NCBI GenBank assembly: GCA_965601925.1
Contig: OZ271854.1
Span: forward strand, 1,184,001 to 1,248,000
Reading direction: 5' to 3'
Source: Alkalispirochaeta sp.
GTDB taxonomy: Bacteria > Spirochaetota > Spirochaetia > DSM-27196 > Alkalispirochaetaceae
DNA: 64,000 nucleotides
The translations under genes and the position numbers were made by a program. The notes beneath the pieces are model-generated. The model was given only the letters and a program-made list of their open reading frames with translations, was not told the origin of the DNA and searched no databases. The first letter of the stretch is position 1; each line of letters opens with the position of its first letter. This document shows positions 40,384 through 50,222 of the stretch, piece by piece.

Positions 40384-41918
40384 GCGACCTCTCCCGTATC
40401 GCCGAAGGCGAGGGCTATGATACGCTCCTCGGTCGCCTCGTCGGCGGGGACGACGCCGGTAATGCTCCCTTGCCACATCACCATGATGCGATCGCTCACC
40501 GCCAGAAGCTCGGGTAGCTCCGAAGAGATCATCACAACCGCCACGCCGCTGTCGGCGATACGGCGCACGATTGCGTGTACGTCCGCCTTGGCGCCGACAT
40601 CGACTCCCCTGGTCGGCTCGTTGAGAATCAGAAGGCGCGGATCGCGAGCGAGCCACTTGGCGAGTACGACTTTTTGTTGGTTGCCGCCGCTCAGGGTCGA
40701 AACGATCTGTTCCGCCGAGGCGGCGCGAATGGAGAGTCGATCGCGCCATCGGTCGTACAGCGTCGTCTCGGCGCGGTCCCGCCGGAGCCCCAGGCGAGAT
40801 ATGACGCGCAGCACGGTAATGCTCATGTTGAATCGCACGCTCTGGGCCAGTATCAGACCGAGCCCCTTGCGGTCGTCGGGCACGTATGCGACGCCCGCGG
40901 CCATGGCGGCGGCGACGTCTCCCAGCTCGATCGGCGCACCGTCGATACGTATCTCCCCGGAATCGGGTTTGCGAAGTCCGAAGATGGTCTCGGCAACGGC
41001 GGTACGCCCCGACCCTATCAGCCCCCCGACCCCGAGAATTTCACCCGGCGCGACGGAGAAGGCGACGTTGGAGAACGTCGTACCGAGGGAAACTCCGGTC
41101 AGCTCGAGCCGCGGCGGAACCCCTCGATGTCCTTCGGTGCTTCGTTCCGACGACCGCTCTCGCCGTCCGTACGTTTCGTCGACGAAGCGTCCTACCATCG
41201 CCTTGACTACCCCATCGCGGTCGATTCGCTGTGTAGTCTCGGTGAAGATGTGGAGGCCGTCCCGCAGCACGCTAACGCGATCCGACAACGCAAAAACCTC
41301 GGCCATACGATGCGAGACGTAGGCGATCGCCACACCCCGATCGCGGAGGCGGTGGATCAAGGCAAAAAGAAGCTCTTCCTCACGTCGCCCCAATGAGGAG
41401 GTCGGCTCGTCCATAATAATCAGGCGCGGATTCGCGGCGACGATCCGGGCGATCTCGACCATCTGCTTGCGCCCGATCGTAAGATCCCCCACCATAGCGC
41501 GCGGATCGAGATCCAACGAGAGATCGTCGATGATCTCGCCGGCCCGTCGATACAAGGATTGACGGTCGATGAGGTGCGGCCCTCGAAGCGGTTCGCGACC
41601 GAGCAGGAGATTGCGCGCCACGTCCACATTGTCGAGGACGGTCAGCTCTTGGTAGACCATCCCGATTCCGAGCTCCCGGGCGTGTATCGGACTTCGAATG
41701 CGGACCGACCGCCCGGCTACGATGATCTCGCCCTCGTCGGGAGGCTGCGCTCCGGAGATGATCTTCATCAGCGTCGACTTACCGGCTCCGTTTTCCCCCA
41801 TGAGCGAGTGCACTTCGCCGGCAAAAAAGGAGAGCGACACCCCGTCGAGGGCCTTCACCCCCGGGAACCGCTTGGAGATGTTGCGTAGCTCCACCAACGG
41901 ACGGCGATCACTCATCAT
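40380..41918 (-). CDS. Monosaccharide ABC transporter ATP-binding protein (RbsA-like, two domains)
   Basis: GENGAGKST, MDEPT, LSGGNQQKV, EPTRGVDVGAK. Confidence 0.95.
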   Translation of the reverse strand: MMSDRRPLVELRNISKRFPGVKALDGVSLSFFAGEVHSLMGENGAGKSTLMKIISGAQPPDEGEIIVAGRSVRIRSPIHARELGIGMVYQELTVLDNVDVARNLLLGREPLRGPHLIDRQSLYRRAGEIIDDLSLDLDPRAMVGDLTIGRKQMVEIARIVAANPRLIIMDEPTSSLGRREEELLFALIHRLRDRGVAIAYVSHRMAEVFALSDRVSVLRDGLHIFTETTQRIDRDGVVKAMVGRFVDETYGRRERSSERSTEGHRGVPPRLELTGVSLGTTFSNVAFSVAPGEILGVGGLIGSGRTAVAETIFGLRKPDSGEIRIDGAPIELGDVAAAMAAGVAYVPDDRKGLGLILAQSVRFNMSITVLRVISRLGLRRDRAETTLYDRWRDRLSIRAASAEQIVSTLSGGNQQKVVLAKWLARDPRLLILNEPTRGVDVGAKADVHAIVRRIADSGVAVVMISSELPELLAVSDRIMVMWQGSITGVVPADEATEERIIALAFGDTGEVA

Positions 41919-41974
41919 TTTCTCCGGGGCCGGACCGCTGGGACGGTCCGGTATGTTGGATGGCGACAGCTATC

Positions 41975-43039
41975 TCACCCCTCCCAGGGCGCCGCGACGC
42001 CGGGATAGAGCTCCGACCACCGGTCGCGGTAATCGTCTTGCGTCACGAGCACGGTCGGTACAAGCACCTCACCAGCGATCGGGCGTCCGAGAATCGCCTG
42101 CACCAACACGTTAATCCCGGCGCGGCCCTGCGCTTTTGCCTGCTGTCCGCTCAGGCTCACAAGGTGAGGACTGCCGTCGTCAAGCGCTTGGAACCCGGCC
42201 CGTTCGGCGTCGTATCCGGCGAGCATAATATCGCGTCCCGACGCTTCGATGGCGGCTAAAGCGCCGTTGACGGCCAAGCTCCAGGTGGCGAAAATCGCGG
42301 TCAAATCGGGGTTGGCGGTGATCATGTTCTCGGCGGCGGCCAACGCCTCGTCCTGGGTCCATACCGCCTGCATGGAGACGAGCTGCATATTACTCTGACC
42401 GATCGCGTCCAACGTACCGGTCTCGCGGTCGCGGATCGTCTTGAGGGCGAGGGGAATCGACAAGACGCCGATCTGACCTTCCCCTCCGACCGACTCGACG
42501 AGGTGGGCGGCCGACGCGTACGATCCTTGGTAGCTCGTCGAATTGAGCACCGTTACCACCTCGCCGCGCGACGGTGGACCGCCGACGATGACGACCGGAA
42601 TCTCGGCCGCGTTGGCCTCCAATATCGCCGATGAGATCGCCGCGCTATCGACGGCGACGGTGAATATCCCGTTCACCTCCTGCTGCACGAGATCCTCGAT
42701 CTGACCGAGCTGACGATTGGCGTCGAACCCCGCCTCGCTCACCAGTAGCTCGATCCCGTACTCAGCGGCGGCCTCCTCGGCGCCTTCGATCAAGAGGTTA
42801 ATGAAGTCGTCGGTACGGTGGTTGGTGTTCATACCGAAGGTGAGTCCCATGCCGGAGATTTCACTCACCTCGTCGGCGGTCAGTTGGAACTCCTCAGCGA
42901 GCGCAACGCCGAGCGCCTCCTCAGAAGCCTCGGTGTCCGACGGCGTCGCGGTTTGCGGGGCCTCCTCGGGGGCACATCCGGTCAGCACGAAAAGCAAAAC
43001 GACGATTCCCGCCCCCAATGGCAGCAACCATTTTCTCAT
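41975..43039 (-). CDS. Monosaccharide ABC substrate-binding lipoprotein (RbsB-like)
   Basis: LTGC lipobox; AEEAAAEYG, QLGQIEDL, NPDLTAIFA, GYDA. Confidence 0.88.
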   Translation of the reverse strand: MRKWLLPLGAGIVVLLFVLTGCAPEEAPQTATPSDTEASEEALGVALAEEFQLTADEVSEISGMGLTFGMNTNHRTDDFINLLIEGAEEAAAEYGIELLVSEAGFDANRQLGQIEDLVQQEVNGIFTVAVDSAAISSAILEANAAEIPVVIVGGPPSRGEVVTVLNSTSYQGSYASAAHLVESVGGEGQIGVLSIPLALKTIRDRETGTLDAIGQSNMQLVSMQAVWTQDEALAAAENMITANPDLTAIFATWSLAVNGALAAIEASGRDIMLAGYDAERAGFQALDDGSPHLVSLSGQQAKAQGRAGINVLVQAILGRPIAGEVLVPTVLVTQDDYRDRWSELYPGVAAPWEG

Positions 43040-45555
43040 ACGTTCCTCCTCTGTTCGGGCGCCTCGGGCGTCCGAGTTTGGATCAGATTGAAGGGAGCCT
43101 CCTCCGTGGGGAGCTCCTGCACGAACGGTTCCCAAGTCTCTCCGTCGGCATCGCGAACCAGCCATCGCACCCGCTCTATCTCCGACGGCCCGCTACCGGC
43201 GCACCTCACTGCGACTCCGTCGTCGGTCACCTCGGCGGCCAGCTCGACCTCGACGCCGTTGCGATCACAGAAGGTAAAGGAGGCGCGCTCGACAAGGTTG
43301 AGAAGCACCTCGATCTCGCTCCACCGCCGTTCGCCGGTGTGTTGCGCCAAGGGCACGAGGGGAAGCAAGGAGTCCGGACGGAGATACAGCGGCATCTCCG
43401 ACAGCTCGGCGGTCGCAGTATGCCATCCCGTATCGGGGGTCGGGGCCGCCTTGCCGAATCGGTCGCCGTCGAGGGGCGCCCAGCCGCTGCCGGGCAGATA
43501 GACGCGGCGTGTCGTACCCTCATCGAGGATCGGTGCCACAAGCAACGATCGCCCCAACAGGAACTGATCGTCGATCGTCGCGACCGTCGGATCGGCAAAA
43601 AAATCGAAGACCATCGCTCGGTGCACCGGTTCGCTCAACCGCACGGCGCGGCGCGCCTCGCTCCAGATGTATCCGATCAACCGGTAGCGCACCTCGATCC
43701 AACGTCGGACGATCGCCTCGACCTCCTCCCCGAAGGCCCACGGCTCGCGTTCAATCGGTCCGTGAGCGCGCGGATGCGTCACCATGAGTCCCGCCTCGGC
43801 CCATCGCACATACATCGCCGGCGTCGGCGTCCCCCCGAAGGCACCGATGTCGACGCTCCAAAAGGGCACGCCCGAGAGACCGAGGCCCAGACCGCCGTGC
43901 CACAGGTTGGCGAGATCCTCCCACAGCGCGGCCGGATCTCCGCCCCACACGACCGGATAGCGTTGAGAACCGGCCCACGCCGAGCGACCCCATACCAAGG
44001 TGTCCTCATTCAGAGACTGAAGATGGGGATAGATCGCGCGGTTGTAGAGGAGCGGATAGAGATTGTGCATCTCCCGCCCGGGCCCTCCGTGATAGACGCC
44101 GTCGATCGGTGCACCCTCGCCGAAGTCGGTCTTAATCGCCGCGACGCCGTCGTCGATCAGCGCCGCGATGTGGTGACGATACCACTCAACCGCCTCGGGG
44201 TTGGAAAAATCGATCACCGCCGCGGTGCCGAAGAACCCTTCGAGCATCGCCGGATCCCCCGACTCGGTACGGACGAAGAAGCCCTTCTCACGCCCCTCGG
44301 CGAAAAGGGCGCTCGCCTCGGCGATGTACGGAATCTGCCACAAACTGAGTCGAAACCCCGCGTCGCGCAACCGGCGGATCATCCCGCGATGGTCGGGAAA
44401 GCGCTCCGGTGAGAAGGTGAGATCGTTGGCCCACGGCACCGCAAACCAGTCGGTATCGACATGGATCACGTCACAGGGGATCCGACGGGCGCGAAGCTCT
44501 CGCGCCACCGCCTCGACCTCGTCCTGACGCTTGTAGCTCATGCGGCTCATCCACAGCCCGAAGCTCCACAGGGGCGGAAGCGCCGGAGAACCGGTGAGTC
44601 GCGTGTAGCGCGCGACCGCGGCGCCGAGGGGAGAGCCGCCGTCCCCGCCGGCCGTGCTCAAGAGAAACAACTCCAAGCGATCGCTTCCGACGAGGAGCGA
44701 TTGGCGCGTGTGCGAACGATCTCCGAGGTGATAGACGATCGGTGCGGAGGTATGGACGAAGAGCCCGTATCCCCGCGAACTCAGCGAGAAAGGTATGTTT
44801 TTATAGCTGTCGGTCCACGTGTTGCCCGCGGCGTTCGCCATAAAAAGCTCCACGCGCTGTCCACGTTTGTCGAGATCCGAGTACTTCTCGCCGAGCCCGT
44901 AGATGTGCTCGTCGTGAAAGAGCCTGGAGGTCAGGCTCGTCGCCAAAATCTCACCGTCGGGGCTCTCGATGTGTCCCAAAGGATGGAGACCGCGAAAGAA
45001 CCACGGCCATCCGTCGGCGAGATCGCCTCCGTCGATCGATTGCGAGCCGGTCGGGGGATGTTGAAACAGTACGCCGGGAATGGACTGGTACAGAAGGGTG
45101 CCGGCGCGGTCGAAGATGCGAAAAAAGAACGGATCGTCAATGAGCTCGACGCGAAACAGGCCGGCCTCGATGCACCATACCCGCTCCGCGTTCGCCGCTC
45201 CGATGTACCCGGCCCCGTTTCGCGGTCCCTCGAGCGAGACGGGGATCGTCGCGGGGGCCTCCTCCACCATTGCGCTGCCGTCGTCGAACAGCGTGCCGGT
45301 TCGACCGTAGCGCAGACGAAGCGTCCCCTTCTCGTGGAGGGAGAGCGTGAGAAGGGCCGGTCTGCCGACGGCGCCTTCCACCGCGATTTCCAAGGGAGTG
45401 CCGTAGCGCTCTCGCATCGAACGCTCGAGAACGACCGTCTCGAGTTGGACGCGAACGGATCGGCCGTCGAATGAGACATCATCGACACGTCGCGGTACGA
45501 CAAGACGATTGCGATGATCGTCGACGAGCCGATCGAGGCCGCTCCGATCAATCAC
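43036..45555 (-). CDS. GH31 glycosidase, YicI-type alpha-xylosidase-like
   Basis: YGLGE, YKNIPF, PPLWSFGLWMS, KTDFGE (nucleophile), MHNLY, WGGD, WSVDIGAF, REPW. Confidence 0.88.
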   Translation of the reverse strand: MIDRSGLDRLVDDHRNRLVVPRRVDDVSFDGRSVRVQLETVVLERSMRERYGTPLEIAVEGAVGRPALLTLSLHEKGTLRLRYGRTGTLFDDGSAMVEEAPATIPVSLEGPRNGAGYIGAANAERVWCIEAGLFRVELIDDPFFFRIFDRAGTLLYQSIPGVLFQHPPTGSQSIDGGDLADGWPWFFRGLHPLGHIESPDGEILATSLTSRLFHDEHIYGLGEKYSDLDKRGQRVELFMANAAGNTWTDSYKNIPFSLSSRGYGLFVHTSAPIVYHLGDRSHTRQSLLVGSDRLELFLLSTAGGDGGSPLGAAVARYTRLTGSPALPPLWSFGLWMSRMSYKRQDEVEAVARELRARRIPCDVIHVDTDWFAVPWANDLTFSPERFPDHRGMIRRLRDAGFRLSLWQIPYIAEASALFAEGREKGFFVRTESGDPAMLEGFFGTAAVIDFSNPEAVEWYRHHIAALIDDGVAAIKTDFGEGAPIDGVYHGGPGREMHNLYPLLYNRAIYPHLQSLNEDTLVWGRSAWAGSQRYPVVWGGDPAALWEDLANLWHGGLGLGLSGVPFWSVDIGAFGGTPTPAMYVRWAEAGLMVTHPRAHGPIEREPWAFGEEVEAIVRRWIEVRYRLIGYIWSEARRAVRLSEPVHRAMVFDFFADPTVATIDDQFLLGRSLLVAPILDEGTTRRVYLPGSGWAPLDGDRFGKAAPTPDTGWHTATAELSEMPLYLRPDSLLPLVPLAQHTGERRWSEIEVLLNLVERASFTFCDRNGVEVELAAEVTDDGVAVRCAGSGPSEIERVRWLVRDADGETWEPFVQELPTEEAPFNLIQTRTPEAPEQRRNV

Positions 45556-46561
45556 TGGTCGTCCCCCTCAGAACGAGCTTGGGATCGAAGAGAACGTGAC
45601 GCGGCGTGCGCCCGTCGCCCCCCGCGATACGATCGATCAACATACGCGCGGCCTCGTACCCCATCTCCTCGGAGGGAAAATGAACGGAAGTCAACGGCGG
45701 CGTGGTCATCTCCGCAACACTTTTCGTCGCGATCGATATCACATTGACGTCCTGCGGGACGCGACGCCCCAGCGACTCAAGGGTACGTATGATGCCCACG
45801 GTGCTTCTCCCGTGTGTCGCGACGATCGCATCCAGATCGGGGAGCTCGTCGACAAGAGATCGCGTAGCCGCCGCGGTCTGCGTCGAGTCGAGCTCCGTCT
45901 CGCGCAACGCGGTGTTGAAAAAGAACGCCGCTCGGGAGCGTTTGTAGCCCTCCAAAAGGCGCATGGCCGATCCGAGTTGTCGCTCGCGCATCTCGGCCGG
46001 ACGGGTAATGAACCCGATGGTGGACCGCCCGCGACGCACTAAGTAACGAAAACTCTGAAAGACGGCCTCTTCGAAATTAAAGTCTGTGTAGGACAACCCC
46101 TCCACATTCGCAGGACGACCGATGAGCACGAACTCGAGGTGATGCTCACGCAGGACGCGAATACGCGGATCGTCCATCGTTACTTGCATGAGAATAGCGC
46201 CGTCGATCTGTGCGCCATGGTACAAGCGCAAGAGATCTTCCTCGTCGGTATCGACGTGCACGAAGTTGAAGTAGAAACCTCGCTCCGAGGCGGCCCGCGC
46301 TGCACCGACGACAAAGCGAAGATCGAGCTGCGTGGACTCCTCGTGGCCAAGGGGAAAGAGAAGCGCGATCGTTCGGCTCCGCCCCGCCGCGAGACGCTGC
46401 GCCTGAATATGCGGGGTATACCCGAGACGCTTGACCACCTCCAGCACCCGCTCGCGCGTCGATGCCGAGACGTCCGGCTTGTCGTTCAATATGCGTGATA
46501 CGGTAGCAGTTGAGCAGCCCGCTTCGCGCGCTACGTCGTTGATTGTGACAACCCGTTTCAT
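45548..46561 (-). CDS. LacI family transcriptional regulator
   Basis: TINDVAREAGCSTATVSRILN, LGYTPHIQAQRL, PPLTSV. Confidence 0.95.
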   Translation of the reverse strand: MKRVVTINDVAREAGCSTATVSRILNDKPDVSASTRERVLEVVKRLGYTPHIQAQRLAAGRSRTIALLFPLGHEESTQLDLRFVVGAARAASERGFYFNFVHVDTDEEDLLRLYHGAQIDGAILMQVTMDDPRIRVLREHHLEFVLIGRPANVEGLSYTDFNFEEAVFQSFRYLVRRGRSTIGFITRPAEMRERQLGSAMRLLEGYKRSRAAFFFNTALRETELDSTQTAAATRSLVDELPDLDAIVATHGRSTVGIIRTLESLGRRVPQDVNVISIATKSVAEMTTPPLTSVHFPSEEMGYEAARMLIDRIAGGDGRTPRHVLFDPKLVLRGTTSD

Positions 46562-46599
46562 CAAAACCCTCTTCCCAGCGTGACGTTCAAACCGGCGCC

Positions 46600-46661
46600 G
46601 TAAGCGTTACCGTAAGCGCTTACATTTCTCCCAAAGTACCCTTGAATCTTTCTGCCGTCAA
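46600..46661 (-). promoter_or_regulatory. Sigma70 promoter with a tandem LacI-type operator for the lacI-GH31 operon
   Basis: Minus strand TTGACG-N17-TACTTT (46661 to 46633), then TGTAAGCGCTTACGGTAACGCTTAC (46624 to 46600) containing the perfect palindrome GTAAGCGCTTAC. Confidence 0.8.
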
Positions 46662-46676
46662 CCGAATATTGTAACT

Positions 46677-47747
46677 ATGAGAAACGTAGCCTCCTTTGAA
46701 GGGCCCGCTCGGGAACACATGTCGCCCATGGCGTGGGATTACTACGACTCGGGTTCGATGGATGAAATCACGCTCCGCGCTAATCGACAGGCGTGGGACG
46801 ATATCAGATTGCGCCCCCGGGTACTCCGCGACGTAGGTCGTCGCTCGGGCGAAACGACGGTGCTGGGGAGGCGTTGGAAGAGCCCCATCATGGTCGCCCC
46901 GATGGCTTTCCAGAAACTGGCGCATCCCGACGGCGAGGAAGCGACGGCCCGAGCGGTGTACGAGGCCGGAGTGGGACTGGCTCTGAGTACACTCTCGACG
47001 GTAGCCTTGGAGAAAGTAGCGGCGGCGGCGGGAGACGTACCGAAGTGGTTTCAGCTCTACGTACACCGCGACCGCGGTCTCACGAAGGAACTGGTGGAGC
47101 GCGCGGCGGCGGCGGGGTACGAGGCGCTGTGCGTGACCGTCGACGCGCCCCTTCTCGGGAGGCGAGAACGGGACGAGGCGAACGCCTTTCGCCTTCCCGA
47201 CGGTATCGAGCTCGAAAATCTCAGAGGTTTGGGCGCGACAACGACCGTCGAGTCCGACGCATCGTCGGGCCTATTCGCCTATTTTCTCGGTCAGATCGAC
47301 GCGACGCTCCACTGGGACGATATCGATCGACTCGCCTCAATATCGCCGATACCTGTCGTCCTCAAAGGCGTCCTCCACCCGAAAGACGTCGCGATCGCGG
47401 CGGAACACGGTGTGTCGGCCGTCGTCGTCTCAAACCACGGCGGTCGGCAATTTGATACGGCGGTCGATACCGCAACCGCCTTGAGAGAGATCGCCGAGGT
47501 CCACGCCGGTACGATCGAACTGCTGGTCGACGGCGGCATACGTCGCGGAAGCGACATACTCAAGGCGATCGCCTTAGGAGCCGACGGGGTGCTCGTCGGG
47601 CGACCGATCTTGTGGGGCCTCGCCGTAGACGGTGCAAAAGGTGTCGAGCGGGTACTGCGGATTCTCATCGATGAGTTGGATCTGTCGATGGCGCTCTGCG
47701 GAGCGGCGTCGATCGAGGAGATCGGTCGCGCCGAGCTCCTGTCGTAG
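46677..47747 (+). CDS. FMN-dependent alpha-hydroxy acid oxidase/dehydrogenase (glycolate/lactate oxidase family)
   Basis: LRPRVL, APMA, WFQLY, TVDAP..GRRERD, LKG, SNHGGRQ, DGGIRRG. Confidence 0.93.
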   Translation: MRNVASFEGPAREHMSPMAWDYYDSGSMDEITLRANRQAWDDIRLRPRVLRDVGRRSGETTVLGRRWKSPIMVAPMAFQKLAHPDGEEATARAVYEAGVGLALSTLSTVALEKVAAAAGDVPKWFQLYVHRDRGLTKELVERAAAAGYEALCVTVDAPLLGRRERDEANAFRLPDGIELENLRGLGATTTVESDASSGLFAYFLGQIDATLHWDDIDRLASISPIPVVLKGVLHPKDVAIAAEHGVSAVVVSNHGGRQFDTAVDTATALREIAEVHAGTIELLVDGGIRRGSDILKAIALGADGVLVGRPILWGLAVDGAKGVERVLRILIDELDLSMALCGAASIEEIGRAELLS

Positions 47748-47837
47748 GACGGCATTCCGGTGCGGGGGACGGGAAGGCCGGACGTGTGCTACCGTATATG
47801 AGCATCGACTATCTCCGGTATCACCGTCGGGTTCCCT

Positions 47838-49199
47838 CTATGGCAGTCGCAGTCTCTCCAACACGGCCGGCGTCATCCAAGAGGAGGTCTGTTGAGCGAT
47901 GGACCACGCGGTTCGTCCGGATTCATCTTTCATAGCGATATCCGCTCCCGCAGCGAGGAGAGCTTCGACGACTTCATCCCTCGTACTACCCGCTACCGCA
48001 GCCATGAGGGGTGTTATTCCGCGACCATCACGGACGTTAACGTCCGCTCCCGCGGCAAGGAGCACTTCGATGGTGGGAAGATAGCCGCCGTTTTCCGCAG
48101 CGACAAGCAACGCGGTCCGCAACTCGGCATCCCGCATTTCGAGTTCGGCGCCCGCTTCAATCAAGGACCGAACTTTGTCTCGGTTGTTGCTTCCGGCCGC
48201 ATAGATCAGGGCGGTCTTTCCCTCCATGTCCTGGGCATTCACGTCGGCTCCTGCTGAGATGAGCTCATCGATGATGTGGTGATTCGCGTTCGCCAAAGCC
48301 GCGACCATGAGGGCCGTCATGCCGGAGTCGTCCCGGGCATTCACATCGACTCCGGCGGCGATCAGAGCCGCGCTTACACTTAGTTCCTCGTTCCACCCCG
48401 CCTCGATCAACGCCGTCTCCCCATGCTCGTTCCGGGCGTGCACATCCGCACCCGCGGAGAGGAGCGTCTCGACGATTCCCGGGGTGGTGTTGGATCGGGC
48501 GGCCCGCAGCAGCGCGCTACCCCGACTGTTACTTCGCGCGTTCACATCGGCGCCGGCGGAAAGAAGCTCATCGATGACGTGGTGATTCGCGTTCGCTAAG
48601 GCCGCGATCATCAGAGCCGTAACGCCGGAGTCGTCCCGGGCATTCACATCGGCTCCCGCGGCGAGGAGCGCCGCACTTACACTCGGCTCCTCGTTCCATC
48701 CGGCCTCGATCAACGCGGTCTCTCCCTCCTCATTCCTCGCGTGCACGTCCGCACCCGCCGAAAGCAATGTCTCCACGACTCTCGGCGTGGTACTGTATCC
48801 GGCCGCCAACAACAGAGGACTGTTCCCACCGTCATTTTGCGCGTTCACGTCGGCTCCCGCCCCGATGAGCACGTCAATGACTTCTACGGGCGCATTCGAC
48901 ACGATCGCCCACATTAACGGCGTTTCGCCAAGGTCATCTCGTCCATTCACATCGGCTCCGGTGTCGATGAGCGCCGCGGCCGCGGTCGGGTTGCCGTGAT
49001 GCCGCACGAGCAAAGCAAGGGCCGTGGCACCGGACTCGAAGCGTCGATTCACATCGTCGCCGCGTTCCACGATCCGCTGCACGTCTCGGGCTGTCAGTGA
49101 TTGCCAAACTTTCAACTCATCACCATCGGGCCACTGTGTCGGTCCGCATCCCGCTATGAGAGTACACGCCATCATTATCGAGACGACTCGTCGGTGCAT
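47838..49199 (-). CDS. Ankyrin-repeat lipoprotein
   Basis: LIAGC lipobox; about 11-12 GADVNAR...G.TALM repeats. Confidence 0.92.
   Translation of the reverse strand: MHRRVVSIMMACTLIAGCGPTQWPDGDELKVWQSLTARDVQRIVERGDDVNRRFESGATALALLVRHHGNPTAAAALIDTGADVNGRDDLGETPLMWAIVSNAPVEVIDVLIGAGADVNAQNDGGNSPLLLAAGYSTTPRVVETLLSAGADVHARNEEGETALIEAGWNEEPSVSAALLAAGADVNARDDSGVTALMIAALANANHHVIDELLSAGADVNARSNSRGSALLRAARSNTTPGIVETLLSAGADVHARNEHGETALIEAGWNEELSVSAALIAAGVDVNARDDSGMTALMVAALANANHHIIDELISAGADVNAQDMEGKTALIYAAGSNNRDKVRSLIEAGAELEMRDAELRTALLVAAENGGYLPTIEVLLAAGADVNVRDGRGITPLMAAVAGSTRDEVVEALLAAGADIAMKDESGRTAWSIAQQTSSWMTPAVLERLRLP
48236..48783. repeat. Intragenic tandem duplication of three ankyrin repeats (303-bp period)
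   Basis: gattcgcgttcgc at 48281 and 48584; GETALIEAGWNEE and AALANANHH each occur twice. Confidence 0.85.
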
Positions 49200-49301
49200 C
49201 GCCACCTCCATTGCAGACTCGAAAGCCGCTCGCCGACAGGACTGCGACGGCGAGAATCATCGAACGTGGACAACTACCTATTCGCATCCTATAGTGAATC
49301 A

Positions 49302-49916
49302 ATGACTAAAGCCACTATGAAGTTCTTGGGCGCCCTTGTCCTCGTTCTTTCGGGGATCCAACTTCAGGCCGACGAACCGCATATCGAAACCCAACTGCAA
49401 TCGATACGTTCCCTGTACCGCGAGGCGACGGAAGCCGGCAGATTCGACGATCTGCGCTACTCGCTCTCTTTGAATACGATGTACCCCGCCACCGGTCTCC
49501 AGACCACGGAAATCACGTTTTGGTACATCAATCGCCAGGACGACGGGGCGAACGATCCGTATGCCATCGAAGCATCGGTGCAATTGGTGGTCGTCGAATA
49601 CAACATTTCGGTACATGTTGAGTACCATATTGAGTATCTATTCGACGAGAGCGGGCACCTCCGCTTCTGTTTTCGGCAAGAGCAGCTGACTCAGGACGGG
49701 GCCCTGCCGTCGGAGCGACGGTATTACTTCTCGGAAGAGGGGAGTTTGATTCGGGCGGCCGGGGATTTTAGCGCTATGGACGGGAACCCAATGGAATCCC
49801 GGCAAGGCAGCTCGATTTCGCCCGAGGTACACGAAGACGCGGACAGCATCCGCCGCACGGCTCGGGTCTATCGCGAGATGTTCGACCGACTTGCCGTTCT
49901 TGCAGAGACGAAATAG
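49302..49916 (+). CDS. Hypothetical exported protein
   Basis: MKFLGALVLVLSGIQLQA signal peptide; EYLFDESGHLRFCF...ERRYYF beta-meander pattern. Confidence 0.7.
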   Translation: MTKATMKFLGALVLVLSGIQLQADEPHIETQLQSIRSLYREATEAGRFDDLRYSLSLNTMYPATGLQTTEITFWYINRQDDGANDPYAIEASVQLVVVEYNISVHVEYHIEYLFDESGHLRFCFRQEQLTQDGALPSERRYYFSEEGSLIRAAGDFSAMDGNPMESRQGSSISPEVHEDADSIRRTARVYREMFDRLAVLAETK

Positions 49917-49960
49917 TGTGCTGCTCCCGAGACCGACGGGAGTTACGCCGCGTCGGTCCC

Positions 49961-50211
49961 GGAGCGTTACGATCGATCTATCGGTGCTGATTCAGCTCAT
50001 TTTCCCCACTCATGATAGTCATTCACCGGAGTCCGAAACGTCTCACCCCGTATACTCGTGACTTCGAGAACGAAGTACTGACACTCGTGCGTTCCTTGTG
50101 CGACTCCAAACGCTGGTGTGTCGATGTAAGGGTTAGTCGTCCGAGTATGCGACAATCTTCGTCTTCGGGCGCGTCACCTTCTCTTCTCGGATAACGGCTT
50201 CATTCGTCGAT
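49961..50211 (-). pseudogene. Decayed duplicate of the 55427-55783 gene, with a 112-bp internal deletion
   Basis: Collinear nucleotide similarity to 55410-55772 (ggagcgttacga..gatctatcggt, cgtgacttcgagaacg, tcaccttctcttctcggataacgg). Confidence 0.85.
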
Positions 50212-50222
50212 ATACCGGGCCG

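Noticed and set aside
43018..45474. Long + strand ORFs (464 and 337 aa), and similar antisense ORFs throughout the window
   Set aside because: Opposite well-supported genes; explained by stop-codon scarcity at high GC
43036..45555. GH31 as a sulfoquinovosidase
   Set aside because: KTDFGE, GLWMS and WSVDIG fit YicI-type xylosidases, and no sulfoglycolysis genes are nearby
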